A DNA stretch of 64,000 nucleotides from Raillietiella orientalis (GCA_036172245.1 JAYWIR010000051.1:868001-932000), one strand, 5' to 3'; positions 49,801-63,400 are shown, counted from the first letter of the stretch. A program made the numbers and translations. Notes: generated by a model not told the origin, from the sequence alone.

Positions 49801-50650
49801 ATTCAAGAACAAAAGACGCAACCCGGCTCTTGGAAGAGGTGGAGCTGGAAAGCGTTGGGTAACTCTGAAGGATCAAAGAAGGTTTTCATCGTGGTCGTCT
49901 ATCATGAGAGAGACTGCAACACTGGTCATTTCCCAAACGATCCCGGGATGACCTGCGAGGGAGGAAAGGACGCCCGCCGTGCGGGAGCCCAGAGTCCGGA
50001 AACAGGGACAAGAAGGAGCGGGGAAAACGAAACGCGATCTGCGGTCACTCTCAACGGACATACCTAACCATTTCAGAGAGGCTGCTGCAGCCGTGGTTGC
50101 AACGTAAACGCCGAATAAAGAGAACGGAGGCTGGGATCAACCTTCGCATCGCGGGATTCTCCCTCGAAGATCTCCGGGAAGATCGGGAACAGCGATCAAG
50201 GAGATGCCCAGCACCGGAAAGCGCGCAATGATGGGATGCACTGTCTCTGCTCCGCGGGATCTCAGGAGCGAGGACGGCATTCTCCAGGTGTTCCTCTCCG
50301 GCGACCTCCTCTGCGTCGGATCACTTAAGCCACTCGATGCAGGAACGGCGTATTCCCATCTTCCCCTTCGTATCTGGCATTTCCTAATAAAAGCATCGAA
50401 GGTGTTTAACTAAAAATTGATGTACCAATCTGATGGTCGAAAGCTCGCGGTTTCTTCTATTTATTTATTTTTCTTCTTCTTCCTCCTTTCGCGCTCTTTC
50501 AACTCGGACACGCGAATCTGGTCCAGGGGATGCCGTTTTTCACGGGCGCGACATGGCGTATCCTGATTCATCAATCCTCGGAGTAATAAGTCCGGCGCGG
50601 AGAACCATCCATCACCGATTTCCTCCTGGCAAACAAACACATCGCGCAGC
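43900..50650 (-). mobile_element. Degenerate near full-length L1-clade LINE (L1-type ORF1, EN, RT, zf-RVT)
   Basis: ORF1-like DLLLRGL and HPIIARF (50.2-50.6 kb). EN-like RQDIENNIC and MHSVYF...FGKGNSHF (48.5-49.7 kb). RT-like PLSAE...LPRGRWQRRARPPAE, AEDAKGL, SLLDESRRFPGR and DPFLLLRNGAEIPSSPSPF (46.4-47.5 kb). zf-like AEDHFWILAP (~44.15 kb). Confidence 0.6.
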
Positions 50651-51599
50651 TGTCGCATCCTGATCCGGACCGGATCACTGCAAATGCGCTCGCCAATCGA
50701 TAAAAAGGCTGCCTCACCGGAACGGCGGCCCTCCAGAACACACCTTCCCTCTTCCACCTCCGGTTTTTCGGAGTGAAGTCAATGACTCATCCATCAAAAA
50801 TGAATTGTTGCCGGAATAGCAAGCGGGCGATCCACAGATTATGGCTGTCTCGTAATTCCCGGTTGCACTTAATTTATTATTTCTCCGGGAATAGCGGACG
50901 AAATCAGTCTTTGCTTTTTATCTTTGCTCCAGCACTTTACATATAATTGAATTTTTCTTCGAAATGCAAGTCAGTTTGTTCTTGTAATTCGATCACAGAG
51001 CCGGGTGAATGGCGAGGGAAAGCAGCCAATCAGATAGCTCCTCTACAAGCTCTTAATTAATTGGAGGAACGTGAATTACATGTAATAAATTGGTATCTAT
51101 CGTTCAAAGCTGCGAGCCCCCTGACACGACGGCTACGAATCTCGCACTAGGAGACGCGGAAACAAATAGCAGTCCAGAGGCGAGCATCACGACAGGCAGG
51201 ATGGATGGAAGAACTCACTCGGAGAGTTTCACCGGTCCCTTCGCGGAATGACGCCGTTGCGAACTTCCCCGAACGGCGGAAGCACCCGTCCTCGCCTAGG
51301 TCCGACAACTGGGGTCGCATTGTTGCCGGGAGCAACAATGCGACCACGTTTCCGGCAACAATGTAGCTCGCTTCGCGCGCTGCTTCTGACGCTGCTCCCC
51401 CACGCTCCCTCTTGTCGCGCGCGGATGTTGCCGATTTTCCTCTCCAATCCACACACCGTTTGAACCTTGCTGTCTCTCGTCTCCATCGGAGTGTGGCATC
51501 AAACCGTCACCTCGGAAACGCTTCCCCTTCCTCCTCACCCCCTCCTTCCTTCTGGCGTAACCGAAGAAGCGTTCGGTTTATGCGGTCGTTTGCGTCTCG

Positions 51600-52350
51600 A
51601 CGTTGCCGACGCCTCCTTTAGTAACGCCATCGCACGCAGCCCCTCCGGAAGGGCGCGTTCGGGCCGCTGCTTCGCGCAATCCGAACTCGCGGAAGGGCCG
51701 TGCGAGGTGGGTGCGAGGCCATTGGTTGCATGTGGAGACGGGAGGAAAGTTCCGCTTTGGCTTCGCTGAGCCGGAGAGACGGCCCTGCATGGACTCCGGA
51801 AGAGGAAACACGAGGGTCAGGGGGCGTGTGCTCTACGTTGAGCAGCATCCCGGGTCGGCACGCACGAAAGGTGCGTCGCACGGTAAAAACAGCTACCCAC
51901 ACGTCCTCGTGCAAGGTCCTCCCAGCTCACCGGAGCATACAGCGACCCAGTGGGCAGAATGGAAAAGGACGGTGCGAACAGAGGGGGGTCTGGCGTCCTG
52001 CCAGCAGCGAGTGCCGGCGATCGCTCTCGAAACTCCGGCGCGATCTGGTGTTCCCATGACGACGGGCGATCGAATGGATGTTCCCGCGAGACATCGCCGA
52101 CAGCTTCAGAGGAAGGAGAGTGAACATGGGAACGGGCGCTTCACCACTCCTACTCCAGAGCAGTAGCTGCTTCGGTGTCAGCACTCTGGGAACCCGAGAT
52201 TCGCCGGATGGAAGTCTCGCGCTGGAGGTGCGCGCGCCGAGAGGATGCGTTCCGGGCACTCGACCTTTCTCGGGGTGGTGCGTTCCGTGCACCGTCAGAC
52301 ATCAGCGGGGGCTTCAGTGAGCAAACCGTCGGCGGCGACGAAGAATTCAG
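51600..52350 (+). mobile_element. L1/Tx1-type ORF1 remnant
   Basis: KFRFGF...VRGRVLYVE...VLVQGPP...SGVPMTTGDR, followed by a CxxC remnant (CVPC). Confidence 0.45.
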
Positions 52351-53921
52351 CTCCCCCTCCCCTTCAGGCTTCACAGCTGGACCTGGGGTTGCACGAAAAG
52401 GGAGAGGGGATCCCCGGAGCAGGTCCCTTCAGGAATCGACGCACTCCGCTCTGGCGCTTGGCGTTCGATGTGAGAGAAGTCAACCAGCGGAGTGCTCGTG
52501 AGGAATGCCAATCAGGTTCCACCGCGAGGAGCCATAAACGAAGTTCCAAGGTAGAAGGCGCTTGACCAAGGTCTCAAGTCGAAAAATGTCGAAAATTGAT
52601 CGACATTTTTCGACCTCCGTTTCCTCTGCTCATTCGCGCCCCCGAACTTGCTCTGGTGGTCGACAGGCAGGCGCAAACAAGAGCGAGCGACGCCGCCAAT
52701 GACCTTGAAGGAACGGAACGTGCGAGCTGGAGGACGCCATCGTGCATGTCCGAGAGAGCCACAAGCAAGCTCCGGGTTGTCGCAAACTAATTCAGAAGGG
52801 GGCGATCCAGCAGCGGGGAACGAGAGCGTCAAACGGGCCACCGGGCTAAACGCAGGATCGAGGGAGGTCTAAACGGATGCTGCGGGCAGTGAGGAGCAAG
52901 GAGCTCCCTTCACCTGCGTGACGCATGTGAAAGGAGGAGGGTTTTCGAGGAAGGGATTCGGTGAATCGGCAGGAAACGGACGCGGCTCGTCACGCATCCC
53001 AGAGCCTTCCGGGGAGGAGGAGGCGGCGGCTTCCGAATGCTAGTCCGACGTCCCGCCAATAGATGTCTCTCATTTCGATTTTCCATTAAAAAGGCATTTC
53101 AGTCACAATCAGGTAGCATTCCTGGGCAATAAGCCCCTTCGAAACAAAAGAAATCAACGAGGGCTTATTCCTTCCAGGGGAGAAAATCCATTCCCGGAAA
53201 TCTTTCATAGGACGCAGCAGTCCGCGCAAATCCGACAGGACAGACTATTAATGGCTTTTATAGCCTACCCTGGAGCTGATGGCGCGCTTGCTGACTCATT
53301 TGCCGTGCCTCGGTCCCCATATTTCGTCGGGAAACGAACTTGGCAGCGCGAAGGCTCTCTGAAAGGCTAAGAAAAGAAATGGGTCGGTGGTAGGAAATTG
53401 GGAAGCGGGCGCTGAAGTCGGGTGCTGGAACTCCGGCGACGTAAGGAATGTGGGGTGGGGGCAAGGTAGAGGGGTTGTTCTCCGGCAGTGTAGTACACTG
53501 CGGACTCCGGAGAAACGACGTCCGCCACCTCTTTATTCGCACAAACCGGAACGTGGAGCGAGAGACCCCATCACACACGCTAGCCGAAGACTCCGACTTG
53601 GTTCCGTTCCCGGACTCTTAGATTTTCGAACACTAGGACGCACATCCCCTATTCCACTTTCAGAGCCCGCGGGCGTCCCGCGAATGTCCTGCCCTCAGAG
53701 AAGACCCAGAAGGGAAATCGCCTGACCCCCGTTCCGAAAGAACTGCCGACGCACGACCTGACAGGCTGGCGATCAGCTGAGCCGTCGAAGTGCTGGCCGG
53801 ACATCTTCGAAAGCATTCCTGAACGTCGACTCTCCCCTTCAGGGAGCACGCAGAGAATCAAAAAACAGGGAGGCGCTCCCGAGCTGGGCGTCCCGTTCTT
53901 CCTTTCCCGGAAGCATCACGA

Positions 53922-56900
53922 TTTTTTTTTTTATTCAGTGACGCCAAGACGTTTATTTAAAAAATGAACCACAAGTCAGAGAGGAATGGCGTCCCCTAAA
54001 TACATGGGGCTCCCTCTCTTCCCTCCCCTTGCTCCCCCCCCTCCAAAAGCAGAAGTTCATTGGGGATGACCACCGGGACGCGGGTCGGCTTCTAAAAAAG
54101 TAGGGAAACGGAGGAAGGGGACAATAAAGAAAATAAGAAAGAAAAAGAGAAGATGGAAGGGAGGGACTGGGATCTTTGGTTTTATTTGCTTCTTCCTTCC
54201 TAGAAGCGGACTGTGTATGGTGGCGACCTCTCTCATGACCTCTTCTTGCAGGTGAGGCCACCTTGCAGGCAGCCTGCTGGTGGCCTCCTTTCTCTGCGAA
54301 CGAGACCCCAATACGTGGTGGACTGCCACCATGGAGCGGATGCAGCATCCCTTTGCGTGAAGAAGCGCCGCAGCAAGTCCGAAGAGCGGGGGGTCCTCCG
54401 GGTGGCAGAGCGCCGAGGCTGGTCTCCTCCTCCAGGGCGCTGCAGTCCGGCAGGAGGTGCGGGAACGATCTCATCGCCCCGCACTCGGAAGAGAGGCAAC
54501 TCCCCCGGAAGCCAACTTCCTGCGCCGGTTGCACTGGCCATCTCCCCTCCCCACCCCAATTCAGAAACAGAAATCCTGTGGTTTCCACCGGAAAGGGAAC
54601 ACGGTGGTGTTCGCACACAGGGAAGGGGGGCTGCGAGTTCTTCGGGGGCACACCGAGCAGGTCGCTACGCGGAAGGAGTCCGTTCTTCTTTAGGGAACCA
54701 GGAGTGGCCCGTCCACCAGCTCGCCGTCTTGCAGCCGTCGACCTCTTCAATCCCGCAGGGGAACTCCCATCCCTCCGGATTGGCTACCGTCATTTTTGCC
54801 CTGAGAGCAGGCAGTGCTGAGGCAAAGAGCGTGGCGGCTACCCGGGTCCACTGCGCCCAGTCCTGCGGGAGATCGCTCAGAGACTTGTGTAGGAGTTTCC
54901 GCATCGCGTCACAGGATCCACCGCCACCCTTCATTCTCCCGGGACTCCCTCCCGCGTTCCCACCCGATGAGCAGGCGAGCGCCCCGGAGGGAGCGAGAAG
55001 GGCGGCCTCCACCACGGCCCCCACCACTCCTACAACGCGAGCTCGGGATCGCCTTTCTGGAGGTGCCAAAGGAAGGGAAGGGAAGAAAAGGATGGCGTTC
55101 AGGTCCGCGGTCCGAGGATCTGGGGTAGGAGGGTGGGGAGGGGATCGAGAGGTCTTCGAAGGAGCAGGCGGTCTCTTGCAGAGGAAGCTGCGGTAGAGAA
55201 GGGCCGGCGCGGCAGGAGAGAATTCAAGCCACGTAGACGTTCGCTGCCGCCTGCTCCTCCTCGCGGGGCAGGTGGCAGCGCCTCGGGCTGTGGGGCGCGC
55301 ATGAGACGAGCTGCTCGCTGGCTCGCGAAGGGAGCAAAGGGTGAAGAGCCGGAAAACGCCCCCTGCGAACAAAGTGCAAGAGGAACCTCTCTACTCTCAG
55401 GCGTCCCCCACCGGCGGTCGGACCTCGCCACCTCCTGCCCTTCTGCCCGCAGTGGGCGTGACCCCTCACTCGTCTCGCAGACGGCCGCCAGTGAGGAAGG
55501 CGAAAGATCTCAGAGATAGGGTGGGTAGGGGCGGGGGTGAGGTGCGAAAGACGGGAAGGGAAATTTTGGAAGGCCCAACTCTGGTGCGGAGACCCCCCTA
55601 CTAGGTTACCCTCGGTGGCCGGGCCTCCCCCCCCACGGCGATGATGCCATCCCGCACGCCCGTGATCGCCCTACCGAACGCGTCCACATCCGCACGTGAG
55701 GTCACCCACCTCAGCTCCACATCCACTCCGTAGATGGCGCTGACCGTTCTCCCCACTGCGACTCCCCGGTCTGCGTGCTGCCCACGCACCCTGCCTCTGC
55801 TTCCTGAGCTCCCTTTCTCCCGAAAGCCCTCGGGCGCACCTCCGTCCCCTCTCTCCGTCTTCCAGGGGAAGCGGTTAGCCTGTGGCGTTCTCTCCAGAGG
55901 GGGGGCGTCTCGGTCGGGCATGGAGGAGGAGGAGGAAGCTTAGCAAGGCGTCGGCGCTCCAGGTGGAGACTACGCTGGAGCAGGGGTGCAGCCCAGGAAA
56001 AAGTGCGCGCAGGCAAGCTCTCGCCCCATGTTGCGAAAGAACTGTCCTCTCTAGCGGTGGGGTCGAAGTCCCCTCCCCTCCCCTAAGGACACATCCCTCA
56101 CTAGCGTCTCGCCGGACACCGCTGCGGGGGGAGTCGTATGAGATCGCTACCTCTTCCAAACTGCTTCCGCCCCTCTCCCTTCGCTCCTTCCAGACCCATC
56201 GCCCTTGAAGCATGGGGATTCCTCGACTCCTTCCCCCCGGGAGGGTCGACGACTCTAACTCCAAACCCTGGGAGGGTGATCCTGGTGGAATTTCAGGGGC
56301 GACGTCCGTGGGTATCTCCGCTTTCTGGGTCCGTGTGCCCGGAGGTCAAGATTGAGACGACCACATCTCTCGGAGAACTGCTCCCCCCCTTTCCTCGCAC
56401 CTTTTGGGGTTAACCTCGCCTTTTCCCATGTTGTTCAGCGTGGGAGCAGCCGGAAGAGTGCTGCAGATCCTTCAGGAGGCGCCCAAGAGGACCTGCGACC
56501 CGGGAATTCGCTCTCAGCATTTTTCGTTTTTTTTTCTTTTCCTTCCTCCCTCCGCAGCGCGCTGCAGGAACGTGATTGCACCAATCCCTCCGCGTGCAGC
56601 ATCCACTCCTTTGCCACAGCACGAGGAACGTTCGAAGGATCGTTCGTTCCCATGGGGATATCCGTGAACTCGTCCCGACGACTCCGAAACGCTCCGAGTG
56701 CCACGGTGACCTTCAGAGACTTCCCGGTCGCTCCTGCACGTGCAGGTGGCAGCGGGACGAAAGGTCAACGTGGCTCTACTCTACTCCCCCTCCCGGTGCC
56801 ATCATCGCCTGCTTTCACAGGAGCCCCCGCTATGGAGGCGCGCGCGCACTGAGAAGGGCGACTCTCGTCCGCCCGCCCTTCATCGGAAGTTGCTTTACTG

Positions 56901-58230
56901 CTGCGAGTGACCAGGGGGACGGGAAGCGATGGGAAGGGACAACGATACCTCAGCACATCCTTTCCCGGCGGCCTCGCCCTTCGTTGCCTACATGGGCTTC
57001 GCCAGGACATCCCGAAGACAACGCAGCGACTCCAAAAGACGCTGCGAGGAGACTGCCGGGACATCACGGCCATCTTCAGGTCGTTCGTGGTCAGGACCTC
57101 ATCATGCCCTATAGGTGGAAGGCGGAAGTGATGGCGCGCTCGCGAAGAGCAGTGCCACCTAATCACCGCCAGCGGAGTGGAGATGGAAAACGACGCCCCA
57201 GACTCGTTTGCAGAAAGGATCGCGTGGCCGAGCTCCTTGCGTGGGAAAAAGTGTGGTGGTGGATCGAGGCACGTGGCAGACCTGGCTCGCGCCACCCGCT
57301 CTGAAAGTGGCGTGACCATCGCCGGGAATGTGCGCAGTAGCCACACTGGCGCGCAAGACGGCGCTGACTTCCCTAGCCTTCCTGAGGAGCGGGACGGCCC
57401 TCCGACCTCTTCCGACCCCGAGAGGCGTGCCCGGCTTCCTGTTTCGTGCGGTGGCGCGAAGCAGGTCTTTCTTCCACAAGGCGAAGCGGCGAGCGCATCC
57501 CAATCAGGCTTTGGGGGTTGCGCGCGGCTCAGGGGATCGAGGTGATCATTTGATACTCAGCAAAGGAGTCTGCGCTCAGGAACACCACGGCGGCTTCCAT
57601 GTTGCAAGCGCCCGGCGGCGCACGCCTAGGGCGAAACACCACGCAGCTGGTCCATGCGGTCCAAGAGTGGAGGACCAGCTGTTGCCCATTTTGCTCGCGC
57701 TGCTCTTCCTCCCCCACACTTCCCACCCCCTTCGGAGTCTGCGCTTTCCGTCTCCTTAGTGACCCATGATCGCAGCGCTAAAATGGAAAAAGAGTTGATG
57801 CTGAGCGCGCACCTGACCGATAGACTTCCTACGCTCACGTCACCTTTGTCAGGTCACAAGAGGCTCCTGTCGCCACCCTTGCGGCACGAATTCTTCCCGG
57901 CGATTGCGCTGCGACGCGCCTCCTTTCCTTCCTGACCGCAGAATGAAGTCCAAGGCATCTTGCGGGCCCCAGTCTTCATTGGTGCATCCTTTCCATCTTC
58001 CATCACGTAACACGTGCTTCCCAGCCAGCCATTCTTTCGATCTTCGCCTTTCCAAGCTCAAAGAAGCTCCAAGCTTTTTCTTCTTTCTAATTTCAGTTTT
58101 TCTTCTGGGGTTATGCACATGCGGATTAACAACTCCTCCCACATCCCTTTCCATTACTCCCAGAGCTGCACGAGCCACATCACATTCCCTGCGTGCGCTT
58201 TCCACCAACGAACATCCAGCAGAGGCTCGC
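53922..58230 (-). mobile_element. L1/Tx1 LINE, 5'-truncated or interrupted, with AATAAA and an A11 tail
   Basis: T11 at 53922-53932 and TTTATT at 53952-53957. The 3' UTR is homologous to 4.72-4.98 kb. ARWPHLQEEVMREVATI; zf-RVT ECGAMRSFPHLLPDC; RT-like KKDLLRATARNRKPG, HFFPRKELG..ANESG and TTNDLKM; linker LRSWVTKETE. Confidence 0.72.
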
Positions 58231-58699
58231 ATAAATTGAAACGGAGATCGTTGCCATATTGCTCCCTCCCTCTCTCGTCCTTGTGTTCCCCTGAGCTAAT
58301 CTCAACTCCTTGGCAAGCATGCGGAATTCAGTGCTCATTTTTTTGTTGTTGGTGTTGTTTGAAAAAGAAAAACACACACACACACAACCTGAAAGGCCTT
58401 TTTTGCAAGGTATTCTCGAAATTTCGTGCTGCTCAACGAATCCGAAAGCCTTAATGGGATTTCCCATACTCTCGTACTTTGCCTGCACCTCTGTTCTAAT
58501 ATGCTATTTTTAATTAGCAGGAATGGCCCTCGCATCCTTCTCGGGGCTGATGATATTCTCCTGGTTCGTGTGCTCCATTCACACGCTTTATGGCTTGCCT
58601 AAATGTTCACCCAATCTGATAAGTCTTGCCCGGGTTTTGTCGTTTCTGCCTCCCTTTATTGAAAATGCTGGCAAAAGCCGGGAATGGCGGTTTCCGTGT

Positions 58700-61535
58700 T
58701 TGCATTTATTGCCATCTTCCTTGCCAGGAAAACATAGAGTGCTGTCTCCACCGCAACAGATAAACCTTGGGCGGCCGCCCCGTGCTTTTACATGGCGACC
58801 TCTCGTTGATTGCCTCGGACACGCACACTTTTTTCCGATCGCTCTTCAGGTGCAAGCAGTGGTTTCCACCCGATGTCTCAAAAGACCGCGTGAGGGGACC
58901 AACAGCTGGCAAGTCCAACTGCCTCCATCGCATCGCGCTCCGTGTCCGCTGCCCTCTCTGGGTCACTGGAGATTCTTCACAGCCCAGTTTCTTCTGCGAG
59001 CATCAGGTAGTGCCTCAAGGTACGGGCCGAGAACGTCAGCCACTTCCCCAGGTGTTCTTGAACGCCTTCTCTTCCGCTTGGGAAGTGCCAAGTCAGATTT
59101 CGAGTTCCATTCACACTTGGCGACGATGCCAAGTGTGAAGTTGTTCCCCACCCCAATCCTCCCTACGCTACGTTGCTGCTCATTCGGCTCAGTCCATAGG
59201 CAGCCAGGCAATAGTGCCGGAGATTTCGACGGTGTCTTCGTGCCCCTTTCGAGGCTTCGGCAACCGACTTCCACACGTCCACCACCTGTGCGATGCCTCC
59301 CGCGCTCGCGAACAAGACCTTCGCAGCTCATTTCGCATCTCGTGCAACGAGCGAAAAGATTCCGCACGACTTGGGCGCGACGGCTCCTCATCGCCCGTTT
59401 GACGGTATGGCGTCCCGAAATCCCATGCTGTCGGTCCTCAGATACTTCTTCTCTCCCTTCGCCGGATATCAACAAGGAGGGCATCCTCCGATGTGCGTGG
59501 CTGCAGAGGAACGGGAAAAGTGTGTGTGTGGGGGGGGAGAACATGAGATGAACAGAATGAGCGGAACGTCCGAGAAGGAATCTCCCATCCTCACTTTTTC
59601 CGTCCTTGAGCAGGGCACTTTACGAACACACGGAGAGGCCCCGTGAGCTTGGTCGCCAGACGTTCCGTGCGTGGATTTGCATCGATCGAGACCTTGGCGA
59701 ATTCGAAACAAGTCCGTGATGCCGCGTCCTTTCGTGAGCAACGGAAGAGCGATAGGGTTCAAACGGAAGAGCACTCGGCACTCCAGATGCTAGATGATGA
59801 AAACCAATGATTCGACGCTGCTCGTCATACAATCTTTGATGCACTTGCGGACGCTTGGGGTGTAGTCTATGGGGACTGCAACGGCTAATGGACCATGCGT
59901 CGCCACCCGTCATGGTCTTGAGGAGTGTAGATCCAAATACTTTCCCTTGCTTATTGTCATTCTATTAAAGTATAATTGCACATGAACCGCTTCCTTTCCG
60001 GGAGTATCTGGTGCCTCCAAATTCTCCACAGAGCGCGCGCATTCCGGCTCTCCAAGGTGAGGATGGCAGCGGCATCTGTGTCCTTCCTTTCATGTCGCAC
60101 CTGCCGAATGCTGCCGTGAACGAGAGGTGCACAACAACGTTCCTTTCGCGTCGCCGCAGCCTTGTCATGGTTTGAAGCGACACCTCTAGCATGGACCTCG
60201 TCTTTTTCCTGGAATGCTTCCTCATTCCCGCGGCAGCGCACATGGTCACTCTTTTATCCCAAGTCCCGAACATAAGGAGTCTCTCTTGAGTTGGAGCGTC
60301 CACTCTCGATGACCGCTTTGAGGAGCACAAGGGAGCGCGGCCGTAGCACTCCAGGAAAGGGTAGGGATCAAGGGAGCCATTGCATTTATCCTCCTTGCCC
60401 TCTGAATCGCGCATCTGCAGAGGAACAGCTTCCAGGATACTCGGAAATGCGGAAATGCAGAATGAGAATGAAGAACCTCTGGAAGAAAAAGCTGCGGATG
60501 TGCAGACGGGGGTCTGCATTCCGTCTGGAGCATCTGGGAAGGTTTGGCTATTGCGTCCGCAGGAGCCTCTTCTCCTGCTGGCATCAAGGATGAGACGATA
60601 GTCCTGTTCGCTTCTCTGCCTACTCTGCGTCGGACGGCGCGTTCGTTTGTTCCCGTTCCCTGGTCTGAGCAGCCTCGCTTCCTACGGGGGATTTGCCCAG
60701 GGCGAGGTGGCCGTTGCCGGCGTTCCTGCTCCGAGCTGAGAGGCCGTCGTTTCCCGTTTGTCGCACGGACACGCGCAACGGCGAGCCAACTGCCGGATTC
60801 CTTGCTCCTGAGACGCGTCCTGTTGCGCATATTCCATCCCGATCGCCCTTCCCGATTCCAGCGGATCGTTAGGAATCGCCGCCTGCTCTATCTGCGAAAA
60901 GGCTCCTCGCAGGTGGAGGACTTTGCCGCCTGTCGGCCAGGCTCTGGCAATCGATGACTCGCAACCACGTAGAATCTTCTTTTACATTTTGCTGTGTGCA
61001 ACCCGGAAACAAGGAGACGGAGCGGTACCCTAAGACGGAGGGAGGGTCCAGCGTCCGCTGTCCCTAGGTAGCAAACACTCTCGACTTCCCTCGCGGTATT
61101 CGAGACGCCAGCCGGCTTCCGCCTCGCAAGCAGCCGCTTGTTAGGAACGGATTCTGAGGGATGCGTATTCCCTCTGGTTCGGTGATGCTCGTCCCAGCTG
61201 TAGCGGGAAGCCTGCTCTGAATGCTGCTCAAGCAGGCGACGGATCGGTGGAGCCGGAGAGCAGGGAGGCTCGAAGACCTCTCACGATGAGCGAAGATACC
61301 ATAAATTTCGACCACTGACTTTGTTGCCTTCCCCGAAGATCCTTTTAGTGCGTTCCGGTGACTCACACCGAAAATTTACTTTTAAATTGTAGGCTGCCAT
61401 TAACAACGGTTCGAAACCGTGGAAGAAGAAGAATAGCTTTTGATTATCCGCAGATTGGATGGAGCAGCATGCGATTTCCGAGCATTTACTCTCATCCGAA
61501 AAAACTCGCTGATTTCCTGTGGAGAAGCGGAACAT
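58700..61535 (-). mobile_element. Kolobok DNA transposon remnant (THAP + DDE transposase)
   Basis: In minus-strand order: THAP-like CCSIQS...FFHGF (61.4 kb); ALCGEFG / MCNYTLIE (cf. GDGRxDSPGxSAKYCTYTLME); PIDYTPSVRKCI (TDxHPSIRK); VVRNLFARCTRC..LVRER; LALPKRK; KSDRKKVCV. Confidence 0.6.
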
Positions 61536-61699
61536 CCTCCGCCCTAATACATTCGGAAAAATCTCGCGAGGAAACCTTCTCAGATCTCAGTTAAAGGGTG
61601 ATTAACATGGAAGACAGGTATTTTTCTTTTTTTCCTTTTTAAAGCATCTTCTCTCTAGCGCGACTTCCCTGCTTTCCTCCCTTCACCGAACTGTCAAAA

Positions 61700-63400
61700 C
61701 CTCCAGAGACATTTTAAAAGGACAGCTTTAATAGTCATTCTGTTGTTTTTTCGTTCGTTCGGGACATTTGGATTTCGTGCTTCCAAAAGGAAGTCATTTC
61801 GGGCGCCGTCGTCTGACGTCTGGATATGCGTTACTACAATAGGTTCCCCTTGAAATACTCCGAAGTGCGTAGCAACCCCGTACGGAAATGAAACGGTGGA
61901 GATGGCAAACAGTTGGCAAATGGACGGTTTCCTTTTTAGGGTAAAAGCGGAAACAGAGCATTGTTGAAACACAGGAAACAGGAAGCTCGAGGCGAACACT
62001 CCGCGAGTGCGCACTCGCGGAGTGTTCGCCTCTGCTGAAGCGGCACATTCTGCAGGTGTCGCGGGGCTCTCTTTCCGACGAGAGTGGTCGCGCAGGGCAG
62101 TTTGATCAGGTGATCCCCATGACTTCGCTGTCACCAACGCACCCTGCAAATGGAGGCCTCACAAAAGGCCTCGCCTGCGTGAACCAGAAACTCCTGCCGA
62201 AGCTCTCGGAGCACCTTGGTCTTCCCGCCTGCTTGAGGAAGTACCTGCGCGCATTTTCGTGCGATGCGCGAATCAACGTGGGGTTCCAGCGGTGCGCGGA
62301 GGAATGAGGCAAGCCAACTGCCTGACACCCGTCCTGTTCTGGACTTCTACTTGGTGCTGGGCGGGCATGGGACAACACTGGCCAACCTGCCGAAATCCTG
62401 TCCCTGCACGCCGGCCATGGCGGCCTACTCAGGTGGCCCACAGGGAAGTGGACATCCGTCCAGACAGGCAGAAGTGTGCGGCTGCTCTTGAGGGAGCGTG
62501 GCTGGAGGGGAATGCGGACTGGATCTTCTTGAGGACCCTCCAGAGCATACCAAGGTAATCCCAGTACCTTGGGGATGCTGGTAGACGGCTTTCGCTCCGC
62601 GGAAGTGCCGGCTGGCTGCCTTCAAAAGGAAGGGAAGGCTCTTGGCCCGTTCCTTGGCGGCAGCTTCTCCTTTCTGGAGTAGTATTCGATCCATCCAGTC
62701 TGAGCCGGGAAGATCTTGTCCGGGTTCCTCGTCTCGGAAGGACTTCCCTCCAGGAGGTCCTTGAAAACACCGACGAAGTTACCCACAGAGCCGTCTTCCC
62801 TATGGGTGAGCAACGAAGGCAGCGGCCAATCGGCAAAAGGGGAAGATTTCTTCCAGATCTACAGGAGAGGATGCACCTCCGAAGAGCTGGAAGAAAGAGT
62901 TGGAAGAACTGTTTCTTCGCTTTCTGCGTTGCGACACTTCTGCGCTCCACTCTGGTGGCAGCACGATGCAGTGCTCGCCTTACGATGAGGATGGAGGGGA
63001 AGGGGGAGTTCCCTGGCGACGAACGTATGCACCACATCACAGAGGAAGTATCCCAGGAGCAATGCGGTCGAATCGCTCGCGCGTCTGTCCGCGAAGACTT
63101 CCCCCCTGCGATGGCACCCCCTGCGCTCCTCCGTCCCGAGAATGCGGCACTCACCTACCGCGTCGGTTGTTTTCGTGAGGATGCGGTCGTCTCTCGTCTT
63201 CCGCTGTGATCGCAACGCTGCCGCCTCGCGTTCGTGGCATCGCAACGGCCCGTCACCCAAGTCCAGCACGGAGATGGGCACAGTCTTGCAGAGGCTGTAG
63301 GAGTGGAGCAGCCATTCCGTTGTTCGCCACCTTCCACCCAACAATTACTAGGTAATCCTCCATTCCCACGACTCTGGTCGGTTCCTCCTGCTGACCCATT
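61700..63400 (+). mobile_element. L1/Tx1 LINE remnant (RT C-terminus to zf-RVT)
   Basis: GFRASKRKS and PLKYSEV (SGxKxNxxKS, KYLG), NGGL...VNQKL, SWKNCF and FPGDERMHHITEE. Confidence 0.5.
61989..62032. repeat. Perfect 44-bp palindrome with no spacer
   Basis: gaggcgaacactccgcgagtgc|gcactcgcggagtgttcgcctc; the arms are exact reverse complements. Confidence 0.97.

Noticed and set aside
57300..57935. KolX-like gene on + (CAQEHHGGFH, AIALRRASFP)
   Set aside because: The same interval carries a colinear series of minus-strand LINE RT/linker motifs, and the Cys cluster needed for KolX is missing.
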